From Bacteroidales bacterium (GTDB taxonomy: Bacteria; Bacteroidota; Bacteroidia; Bacteroidales; G963667975), in assembly GCA_963667975.1 (NCBI GenBank), contig OY764079.1, positions 1,182,760 to 1,246,759 on the forward strand: DNA of 64,000 bases, read 5' to 3'. Position 1 is the stretch's first letter; each line of letters opens with the position of its first letter. Positions 7,839-17,561 of this stretch are shown piece by piece. A program made the position numbers and the translations under genes. The notes beneath the pieces were generated by a model that worked only from the letters and a program-made list of their open reading frames with translations, ran no database searches and had not been told where the DNA came from.

Positions 7839-7883
7839 ACGAAAATAATTATGACTGGACACATTGGACAAATAAAAACGAGT

Positions 7884-8014
7884 GCTAACAGCAGATTGGC
7901 GATGGGCGGGCTTTCGTCTCCGCTTGACAGTTTTGTGGTAGCCGAATGTTCAGTTTCCCGAATTAACTGTTGTGCGGAAAAGCCCGCCCATCGCCAATCT
8001 GTAACCCGTTATAT
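7884..8014 (+). repeat. attC-like recombination site (best-formed example)
   Basis: GCTAACAGCAGATTGGCGATGGGCGGGCTTT pairs with AAAGCCCGCCCATCGCCAATCTG (a 23-bp perfect arm), followed by TAACCCGTTATAT. GTTATAT lies at 8008-8014. Confidence 0.75.
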
Positions 8015-8047
8015 GCCACTTTAAGACAACACGAAACAGAGAACTGA

Positions 8048-8458
8048 ATGAAAGAAATTGACAACATAATTGAACTAAAAACTAACACAGAAACGGAAAG
8101 ACTTTCGTTTGCAACAAGGTATTTAGTTTATATCAATTTCACTTTTGACATATCTGTTTTGTCAGACAATTTTAGCGGAACTTCACATTTTTGCGTTAGA
8201 CGAGACCAATTAGAAAAAATATGTTCGGACTTGACAAATATGCATTTGACATTATTCGGGACAACTATTCTTGAAGACAATGACTCTGATGGGTTCGTAA
8301 AATTTGAAATTGAGCCAAACGGACGACTTAATGTAAGTGGACAAGTTGGTGGAACACACGAAGACCATTTTGTAAAGTTCAAATTTCAGACTGACCAAAC
8401 TTGCATACCACCATTTGTGCAGGACTTCAAATCCTTATTAAAATATCAATATGACTGA
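8048..8458 (+). CDS. Hypothetical protein, first gene of a two-gene cassette
   Basis: 136-aa ORF. Its stop overlaps the start of the next ORF by 8 nt. Confidence 0.6.
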   Translation: MKEIDNIIELKTNTETERLSFATRYLVYINFTFDISVLSDNFSGTSHFCVRRDQLEKICSDLTNMHLTLFGTTILEDNDSDGFVKFEIEPNGRLNVSGQVGGTHEDHFVKFKFQTDQTCIPPFVQDFKSLLKYQYD

Positions 8459-8687
8459 CCAGCAAAAAATAAACTTGACAGTTACGAAGGACGAAGCGTT
8501 GGTTCTTTTTGAATTTTTATCAAGGTTCAACCAATCGGAACATTCAGACATTTTTGAAGACCAAGCAGAACAGAAAATACTTTGGCTTTTAGAAGGACAA
8601 TTAGAAAAGCAATTAGTAGAGCCTTTCAAACCTGACTACAAAGACATAGTTAGGGAAGTAAGAAATAAAATACGTGACGAAGAATGA
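8451..8687 (+). CDS. Small acidic hypothetical protein, second gene of a two-gene cassette
   Basis: 78-aa ORF, translationally coupled to 8048..8458 and followed by an attC 14 nt after its stop. Confidence 0.55.
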   Translation: MTDQQKINLTVTKDEALVLFEFLSRFNQSEHSDIFEDQAEQKILWLLEGQLEKQLVEPFKPDYKDIVREVRNKIRDEE

Positions 8688-8700
8688 CGATAAAAGCGGC

Positions 8701-8832
8701 ATATAACAGCAGCTACCCAAAAGTGGCGGTTCAGTGGTTAAATCAAGCTTTGTGCTTCTATCAAAGTTTGTGCTTTGTTGACAGTAAAGTGCTTCGAAAT
8801 CGCCACCTTCGGGTAGCTGCAAAACGTCAGAC
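8701..8832 (+). repeat. attC-like recombination site
   Basis: ATATAACAGCAGCTACCCAAAAGTGGCG pairs with CGCCACCTTCGGGTAGCTGC, followed by AAAACGTCAGAC (GTCAGAC at 8826-8832). Confidence 0.65.
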
Positions 8833-8946
8833 TGTCTAAAAACTAAATAATATCCTTCTGAGAATCGAGTATTTGTAATTTAATTCCATCAGGTATCCAA
8901 TATTATATTTGTAAATTTGAGGTTTTTAGACAGACTGTCGTTACCG
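8827..8946 (+). repeat. ORF-less 114-bp mini-cassette / attC-like element, copy 2
   Basis: Same element as 2925-3038 with 3 substitutions. It ends in GTTACCG (8940-8946). TAnnTTTG boxes lie at 8904-8919. Confidence 0.55.
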
Positions 8947-9061
8947 CCAAGCATGAAAACAGCGAAATGAGGAGATTAATCGGCATAATCTGGGCATATT
9001 TTGCGGAGAAAATACCATTTGCGGTGAATAAGTCGTATATTTGTCGCATAAAATGCGGAGA

Positions 9062-10195
9062 ATGAAAATTTATTTACACGAAAGAGAAAACTGGACTGAC
9101 TTCACTTGGGACAACAAAAAAGTGATGATAAAACTTGGTGAAGCTAGAAATCAACAAGGCAGGCTTCTTGGGAAAATGGAATCACTTGGATTTGACTTAC
9201 AAAATGAAGCAGTCTTAAATACACTGACATTAGACGTAATTAAATCATCTGAAATTGAAGGAGAATTCCTTGAAGTAGAACAGGTTCGTTCATCAATTGC
9301 AAGACGATTAGGAATTGATATTGCTGGTTCAGTGGAATCAGAACGTTATGTTGAAGGAGTAGTTGAAATGATGCTTGACGCTACGCAACGATATAATTTA
9401 CCTCTGACAAAAGATAGATTATTTGGTTGGCATGCCGCTTTGTTTCCATCAGGATGGAGTAATCTTTATAAAATTACCGTTGCTGATTGGCGAAAAGACA
9501 CAACAGGGCCAATGCAGGTTGTATCAGGACCAATGGGAAAAGAAAAAGTTCACTATCAAGCTCCCGATTCTGATAGAATTGAATTTGAAATGGAAAAATT
9601 CTTAAACTGGTTTGAAAACGAGCATGAAATAGATTTGGTTCTTAAAGCTGCTATTGCTCATTTATGGTTTGTGTCAATTCATCCTTTTGACGATGGAAAT
9701 GGTAGAATAACAAGAGCAATCACCGATATGGCATTAGCTCGTTCGGATAAAAGTGTTAGGCGATTTTATAGTATGTCTGCTCAAATTAGAGTTGAAAGAA
9801 AAGACTATTATGAGAAACTTGAAAAAGCTCAAAAAGGAAACTCTGATATCACAGAATGGATATTATGGTTTTTGCAATGTTTAATTAATGCAATTGATTC
9901 TACAGAAGAGACTTTGTCGAAAATACTTTATAAAGCTGAATTTTGGAAGTTACATTCTAAAACGATTTTTAATGAGAGGCAGCAAAAGATAATTAATCGA
10001 TTACTTGATGGATTTGATGGAAAGTTAACAACTTCAAAGTGGGGAAAAATTAATAAATGCTCCCAAGATACAGCTCTTAGAGATATTCAAGATTTAATAA
10101 AGAAAAATATTTTACAGAAAGAAGCAAGTGGAGGACGAAGTACAAATTATGAATTAAAAGAAATGCCAGGCGGTAACAATCTGTATATGTCATAG
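9062..10195 (+). CDS. Fic/DOC family protein (cassette cargo)
   Basis: Fic motif HPFDDGNGRITRAITD. An ATG at 9062 (MKIYLHERENWTDFTW) is preferred over the TTG at 9041. Confidence 0.8.
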   Translation: MKIYLHERENWTDFTWDNKKVMIKLGEARNQQGRLLGKMESLGFDLQNEAVLNTLTLDVIKSSEIEGEFLEVEQVRSSIARRLGIDIAGSVESERYVEGVVEMMLDATQRYNLPLTKDRLFGWHAALFPSGWSNLYKITVADWRKDTTGPMQVVSGPMGKEKVHYQAPDSDRIEFEMEKFLNWFENEHEIDLVLKAAIAHLWFVSIHPFDDGNGRITRAITDMALARSDKSVRRFYSMSAQIRVERKDYYEKLEKAQKGNSDITEWILWFLQCLINAIDSTEETLSKILYKAEFWKLHSKTIFNERQQKIINRLLDGFDGKLTTSKWGKINKCSQDTALRDIQDLIKKNILQKEASGGRSTNYELKEMPGGNNLYMS

Positions 10196-10299
10196 CCGGT
10201 TTTGTGGGTAATTGTAGGTTAATCTCCCGCATTCACTTCATCTCGGCTTGACAGGAAAGTAGCCCGCAGTCAGCTACGTCACACAGGTAAACGTTAGCA
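10172..10299 (+). repeat. attC-like recombination site (last of the array)
   Basis: GGTAACAATCTGTATATGTCATAGCCGG starts inside the 3' end of the Fic CDS and pairs with GTCACACAGGTAAACGTTAGCA (-10299). Minus-strand core genes lie downstream. Confidence 0.6.
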
Positions 10300-10353
10300 T
10301 TACTGGGTATTCATAAGGATTTCGCAATCGCAATACCCTCCCTTGCTTTCTTT

Positions 10354-10638
10354 TTATGAAAGCGAAAGTGAAAACCTGTTCTTATTTTTGGTTTTCCGGT
10401 TGATCCGTAAGCTTATGATCTGCAATAGAAACCGTATTCCAACGAAGGAAAAGAAGAACAAACTGTAAATCGGGATAAGAAGAAGAGCTATTTTTAAAGC
10501 CAGCAGAAAGTAATGAGCAGGATTTATATTTACAGATTCATACCCTGCAAATAAAGCTATGCAAACCATTAGCTGAGAACCTGTAATCAGCAAAATGCTG
10601 AGTACAGTTAAATGAATCAATGTGCTCCTAAATTTCAT
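10354..10638 (-). CDS. Small polytopic membrane protein
   Basis: 94-aa ORF with about three hydrophobic helices, lying downstream of and co-oriented with the TPR gene. Confidence 0.45.
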   Translation of the reverse strand: MKFRSTLIHLTVLSILLITGSQLMVCIALFAGYESVNINPAHYFLLALKIALLLIPIYSLFFFSFVGIRFLLQIISLRINRKTKNKNRFSLSLS

Positions 10639-10712
10639 CTACTGTTTCTTTTCTGCAAAGAAACAAGATGAAAACAAAGCAGAGGTAAAGGAATCTTTGT
10701 TTTACTGTAAAT

Positions 10713-12260
10713 TTATTGTTGTTCTTTCACACGCTGTAATCCGGCTTTCGCTTTCTGGTGGATGCCATTTTTATATTCGTCGGGATTTAGCGAAAGGCAT
10801 TTTGTAAAAAAGTAACGGGCTTTGGCTGGCTTATCCAGTTTTTCGTAAACCAGTCCCAGATGAAGAGCTGCATTGGCTGCAAAATACCATGGAGCATCAG
10901 CACCTGTTCCCAATGTTCGTTCATAATAAGGAATAGCTTCGGTAAGTTTTCCCCATTCATGATAAATACGACCATAACGGTAGGTTAACTCCAGTGTGTC
11001 TTTCCGGGTGCGCAGGTGATCTTCTGCCGTTTTCAGATAATCCAGCGCTCGCTCATAATACCCGCCATCCGACAGTAATCGTGCTTTTAATAGCCAAAGA
11101 TTGGGAAGTTCCTTTTTCTGCGATTCTTTGATTGCCTGTTTATCTTCATCAACTTTATCATTCCCGATCGCCTGAATCCGGTTCATATATTCTCTGTACT
11201 TTGCTTCGTCCTGATCTAAAAGATAAAACCATGCAATTTTCTGCATTGAGGCTTTTTTGTAAGAATCGCCTTTAAAGTGCTGTAAAAAAACAAAAAACCA
11301 GGTACAGGCATCTTTATCGAGACGGGTTAGCTTTGCCAAACCAAGCATGTAGTTCAGATAGTGAAAAGGATACACCCCCGGGGAATCGTTTTTGCTCATC
11401 AGAACTTTGATCGCGTTATCTGTTTGTCCAATGTAGGTGTATGAACGGGCTTTTGCATAAATTAAAATTGGCGATGTTGCTAAATTTTGTGCATTGTCAA
11501 TGTTTTTGAAATTTTGAAGATTTTCGCGGGTCTTCTCTTTATCAGACAAAAGGGTAATTGATAAAATGCTTTTATACAACAATAACTCGGGTTGAAGAAA
11601 TGAATAGGAGTTTTCTTTCAGTGAAGCATTCCATGCGGTTTCTATCTCGGTAGTGCCTTGCCTGATTGTACCTTTGAACGTAAGCGATTTTGCAATTCCT
11701 TTCCATTGATCCGGTACAACGTCAATTGCTGCATGAAGGAGTCCCAGGTTTTTAAGATTCGGATAAAAAGAGGGGAACATCTTTTGATTTTCAATCAATA
11801 AACTATGTCCTCTTTTTACTTCAAATCCAGCTTTAAGGAGTTGAAAAACGGAGGAAATGTCTCCTGCTCCCATTAAACGGACAAAGGCACTGTGCAGATG
11901 AATTTCCGATAAAACGTATCTGTTCCAGGGCGATTTGAATTTATTCTCTTCTATTTTATCCAGAGCCTTATCCCGAACATCAAAATAGGCGTCTGTTTCT
12001 GTACTGCTTTGCCCTACCGTTGCTTTGATAAACGCGATATATTCTTCCAGAAAATAGGGAAACAGATTGTCTGGATGTGCTTTTTTTTCATTTTGAATAT
12101 ATGCCTGTGTTTCTGAAAACCGGAAATTATATAAATCGTAAAATGCATCCTTAACCTTGCTATCGGCGATAAACCGATTTTGAGCATTCAGACTTGAGAA
12201 AGTAAATGAAATACAAAGGATTGTGAGAAATGAGAGAATCGGTTTCACGTCAATTTTCAT
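10713..12260 (-). CDS. TPR-repeat protein with signal peptide
   Basis: 515-aa ORF with an N-terminal signal (MKIDVKPILSFLTILCISFTFSSLNA) and C-terminal TPR-like repeats (YYERALDYLK, AIPYYERTL, ALHLGLVYEKLDKPAKARYFF). Confidence 0.7.
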   Translation of the reverse strand: MKIDVKPILSFLTILCISFTFSSLNAQNRFIADSKVKDAFYDLYNFRFSETQAYIQNEKKAHPDNLFPYFLEEYIAFIKATVGQSSTETDAYFDVRDKALDKIEENKFKSPWNRYVLSEIHLHSAFVRLMGAGDISSVFQLLKAGFEVKRGHSLLIENQKMFPSFYPNLKNLGLLHAAIDVVPDQWKGIAKSLTFKGTIRQGTTEIETAWNASLKENSYSFLQPELLLYKSILSITLLSDKEKTRENLQNFKNIDNAQNLATSPILIYAKARSYTYIGQTDNAIKVLMSKNDSPGVYPFHYLNYMLGLAKLTRLDKDACTWFFVFLQHFKGDSYKKASMQKIAWFYLLDQDEAKYREYMNRIQAIGNDKVDEDKQAIKESQKKELPNLWLLKARLLSDGGYYERALDYLKTAEDHLRTRKDTLELTYRYGRIYHEWGKLTEAIPYYERTLGTGADAPWYFAANAALHLGLVYEKLDKPAKARYFFTKCLSLNPDEYKNGIHQKAKAGLQRVKEQQ

Positions 12261-12342
12261 GAATAATCACGTTAATCAGGTACGAAAGTACAGAAAATCT
12301 GAGGTTCGGACGAAGTTAATCATGAGAATTTCCCTCTTTTAT

Positions 12343-13209
12343 CTAAAACGTGAAGATTAAATCGGTGATAATACCGCCTGCATATAAAACGCTGGCAATA
12401 CCATTAAGGGTGAAAAAAGCAAGGTTTACTTTTTTAAGATCATCATGTTTCACGAGCAGGTGCTGATAAAGAAGCAGACTCAAAAAAAGAATAGAACTGA
12501 TTAGTCCTGCAACTTTAAGATGTATAATCTGCATGATAGAAATGCACATTGCACCGGCGATAATATGAAAAATTCGTGAAACCCAAAGCGCATGCTTTGC
12601 ACCGAAATATGCAGGAATTGAAAATAATTTGTTTGATTTATCGAAAGATTCGTCCTGAAGAGAATAAATGATGTCGAACCCGCTAACCCAAAACAGTACC
12701 ATTATCGAAAGCATTATTGGTACAATGGCGAACTCTCCGGTTGCGGCCAGATATGCACCGATGGGAGCAAGCGAAAGTCCAAGTCCAAGTACAAGATGGC
12801 TTAAAGCAGTGAAACGTTTGGTGAAACTATATCCTAAAATTACGATAAGAGCAACAGGAGACAGATAGAAGCAGCGTGAATTGATAAACCAGGTTGTGAG
12901 AATAAATAGTACAGAATTCAGGATGATAAAAAATAAAGCCGACTTGGGGTGGATGGTTCCTGCCGGAATTTCTCTGTTTTGTGTACGCTCATTTGCTTTG
13001 TCAAATTCTTTGTCGACAAATCTGTTAAAAGCCATGGCTGCATTGCGGGCAAAAACCATACATAAAACAACCAGGCCTAACAACTTCATACTAAATCCGG
13101 CAACTTCGGCTCCTAAAAAATACCCAACCAAAGCAAATGGCATTGCAAACAAAGTATGGCTGAATTTTACCAGCGACATATAGTTTTTAACTATCCGGAT
13201 TTTTCTCAT
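12343..13209 (-). CDS. UbiA-family aromatic prenyltransferase
   Basis: Polytopic membrane protein with the NRFVDKEFD Asp-rich motif and QNREIPAG. The start is set at MRKIRIV (ATG at 13209) rather than 13257. Confidence 0.75.
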   Translation of the reverse strand: MRKIRIVKNYMSLVKFSHTLFAMPFALVGYFLGAEVAGFSMKLLGLVVLCMVFARNAAMAFNRFVDKEFDKANERTQNREIPAGTIHPKSALFFIILNSVLFILTTWFINSRCFYLSPVALIVILGYSFTKRFTALSHLVLGLGLSLAPIGAYLAATGEFAIVPIMLSIMVLFWVSGFDIIYSLQDESFDKSNKLFSIPAYFGAKHALWVSRIFHIIAGAMCISIMQIIHLKVAGLISSILFLSLLLYQHLLVKHDDLKKVNLAFFTLNGIASVLYAGGIITDLIFTF

Positions 13210-13264
13210 CGAATTCGTTTTGTGCAAAGGTAAGCATTCACGAAAAAAGGTTAACATTGCACTT

Positions 13265-14056
13265 ATGAATCATCGTAAAAAGATTAGTTCGCTTTTATAT
13301 TATCTTCTTCATGCTCAAACCCGCCATGGAGTACATTCACCGTTTGTGTATCAACTTTTTGATGAGGTTATCCGTGATTTTAGCGTAAAAAATGAATACA
13401 AAGAGGTCGAAAAATACCGTTCCGGATTTTTAAAAAGCAAAGCCACTCTGGAGCGTTCTGATTTTGGGGCAGGCATATCTGATTCAGGAAAAACGCAGAA
13501 AAAGGTTGCGGAGATAGCGCGTATGTCAACCAAAGGAAGGTTGTATGGACGGCTTTTATTCCGGCTTGCCCGCCATTTTAAACCCGAAACGATTGTTGAA
13601 CTCGGAACTTGCTTTGGAATAGGATCTCTGTATTTATCAAAAGCATGCCCTGATTCCAGAATTTTTACGCTGGAAGGATGCACAGAAACGGCAAAAATTG
13701 CCCAGTCTGTTTTTGATCATGAAACCGTATCAAATATTTCATTGCTACAGGGGCTTTTTGATGAAAATCTGCCTTGTTTGACAGATAAAATTAAACAACC
13801 AATATTTGTTTATGTAGATGGAAACCACCGGAAAAAGCCGACACTGGATTATTTCAATTTCTTTCTTCCTCTTGTAAATGAGGAGTCGGTTCTCGTCTTC
13901 GACGACATACACTGGTCGGAGGAGATGGAGGAGGCTTGGAATATGCTTCAAAGTCATCCTGCTGTAACAATTAGTGTTGACCTGTATCAGTTTGGAATAC
14001 TCTTTTTTAGGAAAGAGATTATAAAACAACACTTTATACTGAGATTTCCGGTATAA
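13265..14056 (+). CDS. Class I SAM-dependent methyltransferase (O-methyltransferase-like)
   Basis: IVELGTCFGIGSLYL glycine-rich SAM motif and VYVDGNHRK. The start is set at the ATG at 13265. Confidence 0.65.
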   Translation: MNHRKKISSLLYYLLHAQTRHGVHSPFVYQLFDEVIRDFSVKNEYKEVEKYRSGFLKSKATLERSDFGAGISDSGKTQKKVAEIARMSTKGRLYGRLLFRLARHFKPETIVELGTCFGIGSLYLSKACPDSRIFTLEGCTETAKIAQSVFDHETVSNISLLQGLFDENLPCLTDKIKQPIFVYVDGNHRKKPTLDYFNFFLPLVNEESVLVFDDIHWSEEMEEAWNMLQSHPAVTISVDLYQFGILFFRKEIIKQHFILRFPV

Positions 14057-14070
14057 CCGAAGTCCAAAAC

Positions 14071-14104
14071 AAAAAGCCCGTTCGATTTTGAACGGGCTTT
14101 TTTA
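14071..14104. terminator. Bidirectional rho-independent terminator
   Basis: AAAAA-GCCCGTTC-gatttt-GAACGGGC-TTTTTTT lies between convergent genes. Confidence 0.75.
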
Positions 14105-14124
14105 TCTTTTTTCAAGACTTATAT

Positions 14125-14379
14125 TTAAGCCAAAGCGTTTACTTTCTTTGTTATTTTCGATTTGAGATTCGCTGCTTTATTCTTATGAATAATCGAGCGT
14201 TTTGCCAATCTGTCGATTAAAGAAACCATTTTTGGTAAATCTTCAGTTGCTTCTTTTTTATCAGTAAGCATACGAAAACGTTTCAACGCGTTACGCATTG
14301 TTTTTGCGTAATAACGGTTGTGTATTTTTCTTTTTTCGTTTTGACGAATTCTTTTTAAAGCTGACTTGTGGTGTGCCAT
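14125..14379 (-). CDS. rpsT: 30S ribosomal protein S20
   Basis: MAHHKSALKRIRQNEKRKIHNRYYAKTMRNALKRFR is a typical S20 N-terminus. The protein is 84 aa. Confidence 0.9.
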   Translation of the reverse strand: MAHHKSALKRIRQNEKRKIHNRYYAKTMRNALKRFRMLTDKKEATEDLPKMVSLIDRLAKRSIIHKNKAANLKSKITKKVNALA

Positions 14380-14401
14380 AATAGAAAATTACTTTAAGAA
14401 G

Positions 14402-14476
14402 TAGCCCGTAGGGGATTCGAACCCCTGATCTCCAGAATGAAAATCTGATGTCCTAGGCCAGCTAGACGAACGGGCC
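14402..14476 (-). tRNA. tRNA-Glu (anticodon UUC)
   Basis: The reverse complement GGCCCGTTCGTCTAGCTGGCCTAGGACATCAGATTTTCATTCTGGAGATCAGGGGTTCGAATCCCCTACGGGCTA folds as a cloverleaf. The anticodon loop is TTTTCAT and the T-loop is GTTCGAATC. Confidence 0.9.
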
Positions 14477-14529
14477 ACGATTTCAATAAACTTGTTTTGT
14501 TTGTTTATTTTCCCATCGTTTTGGGATTG

Positions 14530-14560
14530 CAAAAGTAGTAACAATTTTTAATCCACCAAA
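14530..14560 (-). promoter_or_regulatory. Candidate Bacteroidota promoter for tRNA-Glu/rpsT
   Basis: On the minus strand, TTTG (14560-14557) is followed by a 19-nt spacer and then TACTTTTG (14537-14530, fits TAnnTTTG). This lies about 54 nt upstream of the tRNA 5' end. Confidence 0.4.
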
Positions 14561-14582
14561 CATTTGGTACAGTTTTTTTTTA

Positions 14583-15278
14583 TCAGACCATAAAGTTTTT
14601 CTCATCTGCCTGAAAACGAAAGCCTAAGCGCTTTCCGGTTTTCAATCGCATGTTGTCAATGTTGTATTGCATTTCGTAAACGGTTACCTGTTTTACTTCA
14701 TCATAGGGTGGTGTGAGCAGGTCGAAATTGGAGGTGTAAAGAATTGCTGATTCCACTATTTGCTTGGCATCCGTTTCGGAAAGTACCCGGTTTTCGAAAC
14801 TATTGTACAACATGTTGAGCTCCTTTTTGCCTTCAACCAGATAATGGCGTTCTTTATTGATAAAAACACGCCCAATCATGTATCCGTAATCGTTTTCGCG
14901 GTTGTATTTGAAAGAATCGGCCAGAAAGTTATAGATATTGATTACTCCGCAATAAGAACGTTCAAAGTCGTCTTTGATATAAGGTGTTCGCATAATTTCA
15001 TGATTACGCGGAAATTCGAAGATATTTGTATGCATCATAAAAATCAGAATATCACCGGCAAATTTCAGCTCAAACTCAAATTCTCCTCTGTCGTGATACT
15101 CAAATGCAATACGTTTTTCATCATCCGGAAGCTTCTGCCTGAACCCATCAATTACTTCTACAATGGCATTTTTAAACATTGTGAACGACTCTTTCGTCGT
15201 GTCGTAAATATCTTGTTTTAAGATGGCTTTTCGAAGGATAGTTTCGAAGAGTGCGTTTCCGTTGGCTAGATTGTCCAT
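14583..15278 (-). CDS. Conserved-looking hypothetical protein
   Basis: 231-aa ORF with ordinary composition. No motif was recognised. Confidence 0.6.
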   Translation of the reverse strand: MDNLANGNALFETILRKAILKQDIYDTTKESFTMFKNAIVEVIDGFRQKLPDDEKRIAFEYHDRGEFEFELKFAGDILIFMMHTNIFEFPRNHEIMRTPYIKDDFERSYCGVINIYNFLADSFKYNRENDYGYMIGRVFINKERHYLVEGKKELNMLYNSFENRVLSETDAKQIVESAILYTSNFDLLTPPYDEVKQVTVYEMQYNIDNMRLKTGKRLGFRFQADEKNFMV

Positions 15279-15427
15279 TGTTATGCTTTTTGCAAAGATG
15301 GGAATTTCTGAGCTTTTGCGAAAGCTTTTTGGATGAAAACTCTTTCATAAAACGGCTGTTATATCAATGTGAATTTCAAAATAATCAAAACGTACCCTTG
15401 TATTCCGGTCAAAAATGTACAGAAAAG

Positions 15428-17464
15428 ATGAATAAACCTGCCCAACAGAGTCCGAATCGTTTACAAAACGAAACAAGTCCTTATTTGCTTCAACATGCAT
15501 ATAATCCGGTCGACTGGCACTCGTGGAATGAAGAAACTCTCCAAAAAGCAAACGTTCAAAACAAACCACTGTTAATTAGTATCGGATATTCTGCCTGTCA
15601 CTGGTGTCATGTGATGGAACGTGAATCATTTGAAGATGAACAGGTAGCTCAACGGATGAATGAACATTTTATATGTATCAAAATTGATCGTGAAGAAAGA
15701 CCGGATGTTGACCAGATTTACATGGACGCGGTACACATGCTGGGTTTGCAGGGAGGATGGCCGCTCAACTGTTTTGCATTGCCCGACGGAAAGCCCTTTT
15801 GGGGTGGAACCTATTATCCAAAGCAACAATGGATGGAATTACTTTCGCAAATTGCGTTTCTGTATCAGAATGATTTGTATAAAGTGAAAGAACAGGCAAA
15901 TCAGCTTACCCTGGGACTGGCATCCACAAGTTTCGTGAAACAACCTCCGTCTGATTTTCGGTTCTTCCCTCAGGATGCAGATACGTTTGCTGCAAAGATT
16001 TTGAAAAATATTGATACTGACTACGGTGGATTGAAAGGTGCTCCCAAATTTGCCATGCCTTCGGTGTTTTCGTTTGTATTGGATTACGCCCGGCGTCAAA
16101 CGCAAAAGAATATTCCGGAAGAAGTTGAAATTACATTGAAAAGAATGGTATTGAGCGGACTTTTTGATCAGGTTGGCGGTGGCTTTTCCCGCTATTCAAC
16201 CGATGTGAAATGGAAAATCCCTCACTTTGAAAAGATGCTGTATGACAATGCCCAGCTTGTTTCGCTCTATGCCCGGGCCTACCAGATGAAGCCGGATGAA
16301 TTGTACAAACAATGTATAGAATCAACCCTCCGGTTTATTGATTTGGAGATGACTGCACCGGACGGAGGTTTTTATTCGGCACTTGATGCAGATTCGGAGG
16401 GTGTTGAAGGCTTGTTTTATTCCTGGACTTTGGATGAGTTGAAACAAGCGTTGCAGGATGATTATACGTTGTTTGCTGAATACTTTCAGGTTGAAACCGA
16501 AGGGGTATGGGAAAACGGACGTTCCATACTGATGCCTCTGTATGATAAAGAATTATTTGCGCATCAACATAACATAAGTGTTTCCGGTCTGATGTCGTTT
16601 CTCGAAAAGGGGATTTCGAAGTTACAGAATGTAAGAGCGGAAAGAATTCGTCCGGGACTGGACGACAAACAGCTCGCTTCGTGGAATGCACTTATGATTA
16701 AGGCTTATGTTGAGGCGGGAATTGCACTTAAGAGCGAGCCATATCTGGCGAAAGCTTTAGCTGCAATTCATGTTTTTGAAACTCATTTTCTGAATATGGA
16801 AAACGGAGGTTTATACCATTCCTATAAAAACGGTCAACAAAAAATTGAAGGCTTAGCCGAAGATTATGCCTTTGCGGCAGATGCATTTCTTGCCGTGTAC
16901 CCGCTTGATTTCGACGAAGAATACTTGTGGAAAGCGAAGCGTTTTATGGAATTTGCCATAAATAATTTTTGGGATGAAAAAAGCGAACTCTTTTATTTTT
17001 CACGTGAAGACGATGCAACGTTAGTTGTCAGGAAGCATGAGGTGTACGATGGGGTTATTCCTTCTTCGAACGCCGTTTTGATGAAGCTGCTGTTTTATCT
17101 TGGCCATTATTTTGAGAATGATGAATGGATACTGAAAAGTAAAAAGGCAGTAAGTGCAATTTCGCAAAGTATAAAAATGTACCCACAATCGTTTTCGGTC
17201 TGGGCTCAATTATGGCTGATGTTTTCAACTGACTTTTCAACGGTTTCAATTTCAGGAGAAAATGCTCATCGGATAGCAAAAGAGATGCGGGATTTGAATT
17301 TGCCCAATGTGCTGATAGCTGCTTCCGTAAATTCATCAGAGGTGCCTGTGCTGAAAAGTAAAAAGAGTTCAAAAGGGCTACCGTTAATTTATGTATGTAA
17401 AGAAAGCTGTTGTTTTAAACCGGTATATACCGTAGCAGACACGCTAAAACTGCTTCAGGGATAA
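15428..17464 (+). CDS. Thioredoxin-fold DUF255/YyaL-type protein with six-hairpin-glycosidase-like C-terminal domain
   Basis: [24 protein letters not shown] and [16 protein letters not shown] are the family signature. The start is set at the ATG at 15428 (MNKPAQQ). Confidence 0.8.
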   Translation: MNKPAQQSPNRLQNETSPYLLQHAYNPVDWHSWNEETLQKANVQNKPLLISIGYSACHWCHVMERESFEDEQVAQRMNEHFICIKIDREERPDVDQIYMDAVHMLGLQGGWPLNCFALPDGKPFWGGTYYPKQQWMELLSQIAFLYQNDLYKVKEQANQLTLGLASTSFVKQPPSDFRFFPQDADTFAAKILKNIDTDYGGLKGAPKFAMPSVFSFVLDYARRQTQKNIPEEVEITLKRMVLSGLFDQVGGGFSRYSTDVKWKIPHFEKMLYDNAQLVSLYARAYQMKPDELYKQCIESTLRFIDLEMTAPDGGFYSALDADSEGVEGLFYSWTLDELKQALQDDYTLFAEYFQVETEGVWENGRSILMPLYDKELFAHQHNISVSGLMSFLEKGISKLQNVRAERIRPGLDDKQLASWNALMIKAYVEAGIALKSEPYLAKALAAIHVFETHFLNMENGGLYHSYKNGQQKIEGLAEDYAFAADAFLAVYPLDFDEEYLWKAKRFMEFAINNFWDEKSELFYFSREDDATLVVRKHEVYDGVIPSSNAVLMKLLFYLGHYFENDEWILKSKKAVSAISQSIKMYPQSFSVWAQLWLMFSTDFSTVSISGENAHRIAKEMRDLNLPNVLIAASVNSSEVPVLKSKKSSKGLPLIYVCKESCCFKPVYTVADTLKLLQG

Positions 17465-17561
17465 TTCTGAAATATTTTTTACAGAATTTCCAGATTAAAG
17501 AGGAATCGTTACTTTTGCTTTGCAATCAACAAAAAAAACAGCTAATTCAATTTTCTTTCCG

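Larger units (their letters stand above)
1..10299 (+). mobile_element. Integron-type gene-cassette array (attC-delimited cassettes; integrase not in window, expected upstream of position 1)
   Basis: There is a series of imperfect inverted repeats on the + strand. Each starts with an xxTAAC box at or just after the stop of a + strand ORF and ends with an AACGTTAGC-type (GTTRRRY-like) box. All ORFs are co-oriented, unrelated and mostly orphan. The region is visibly more AT-rich than 10.7-17.5 kb. No tyrosine recombinase gene is present in the window. Confidence 0.7.
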
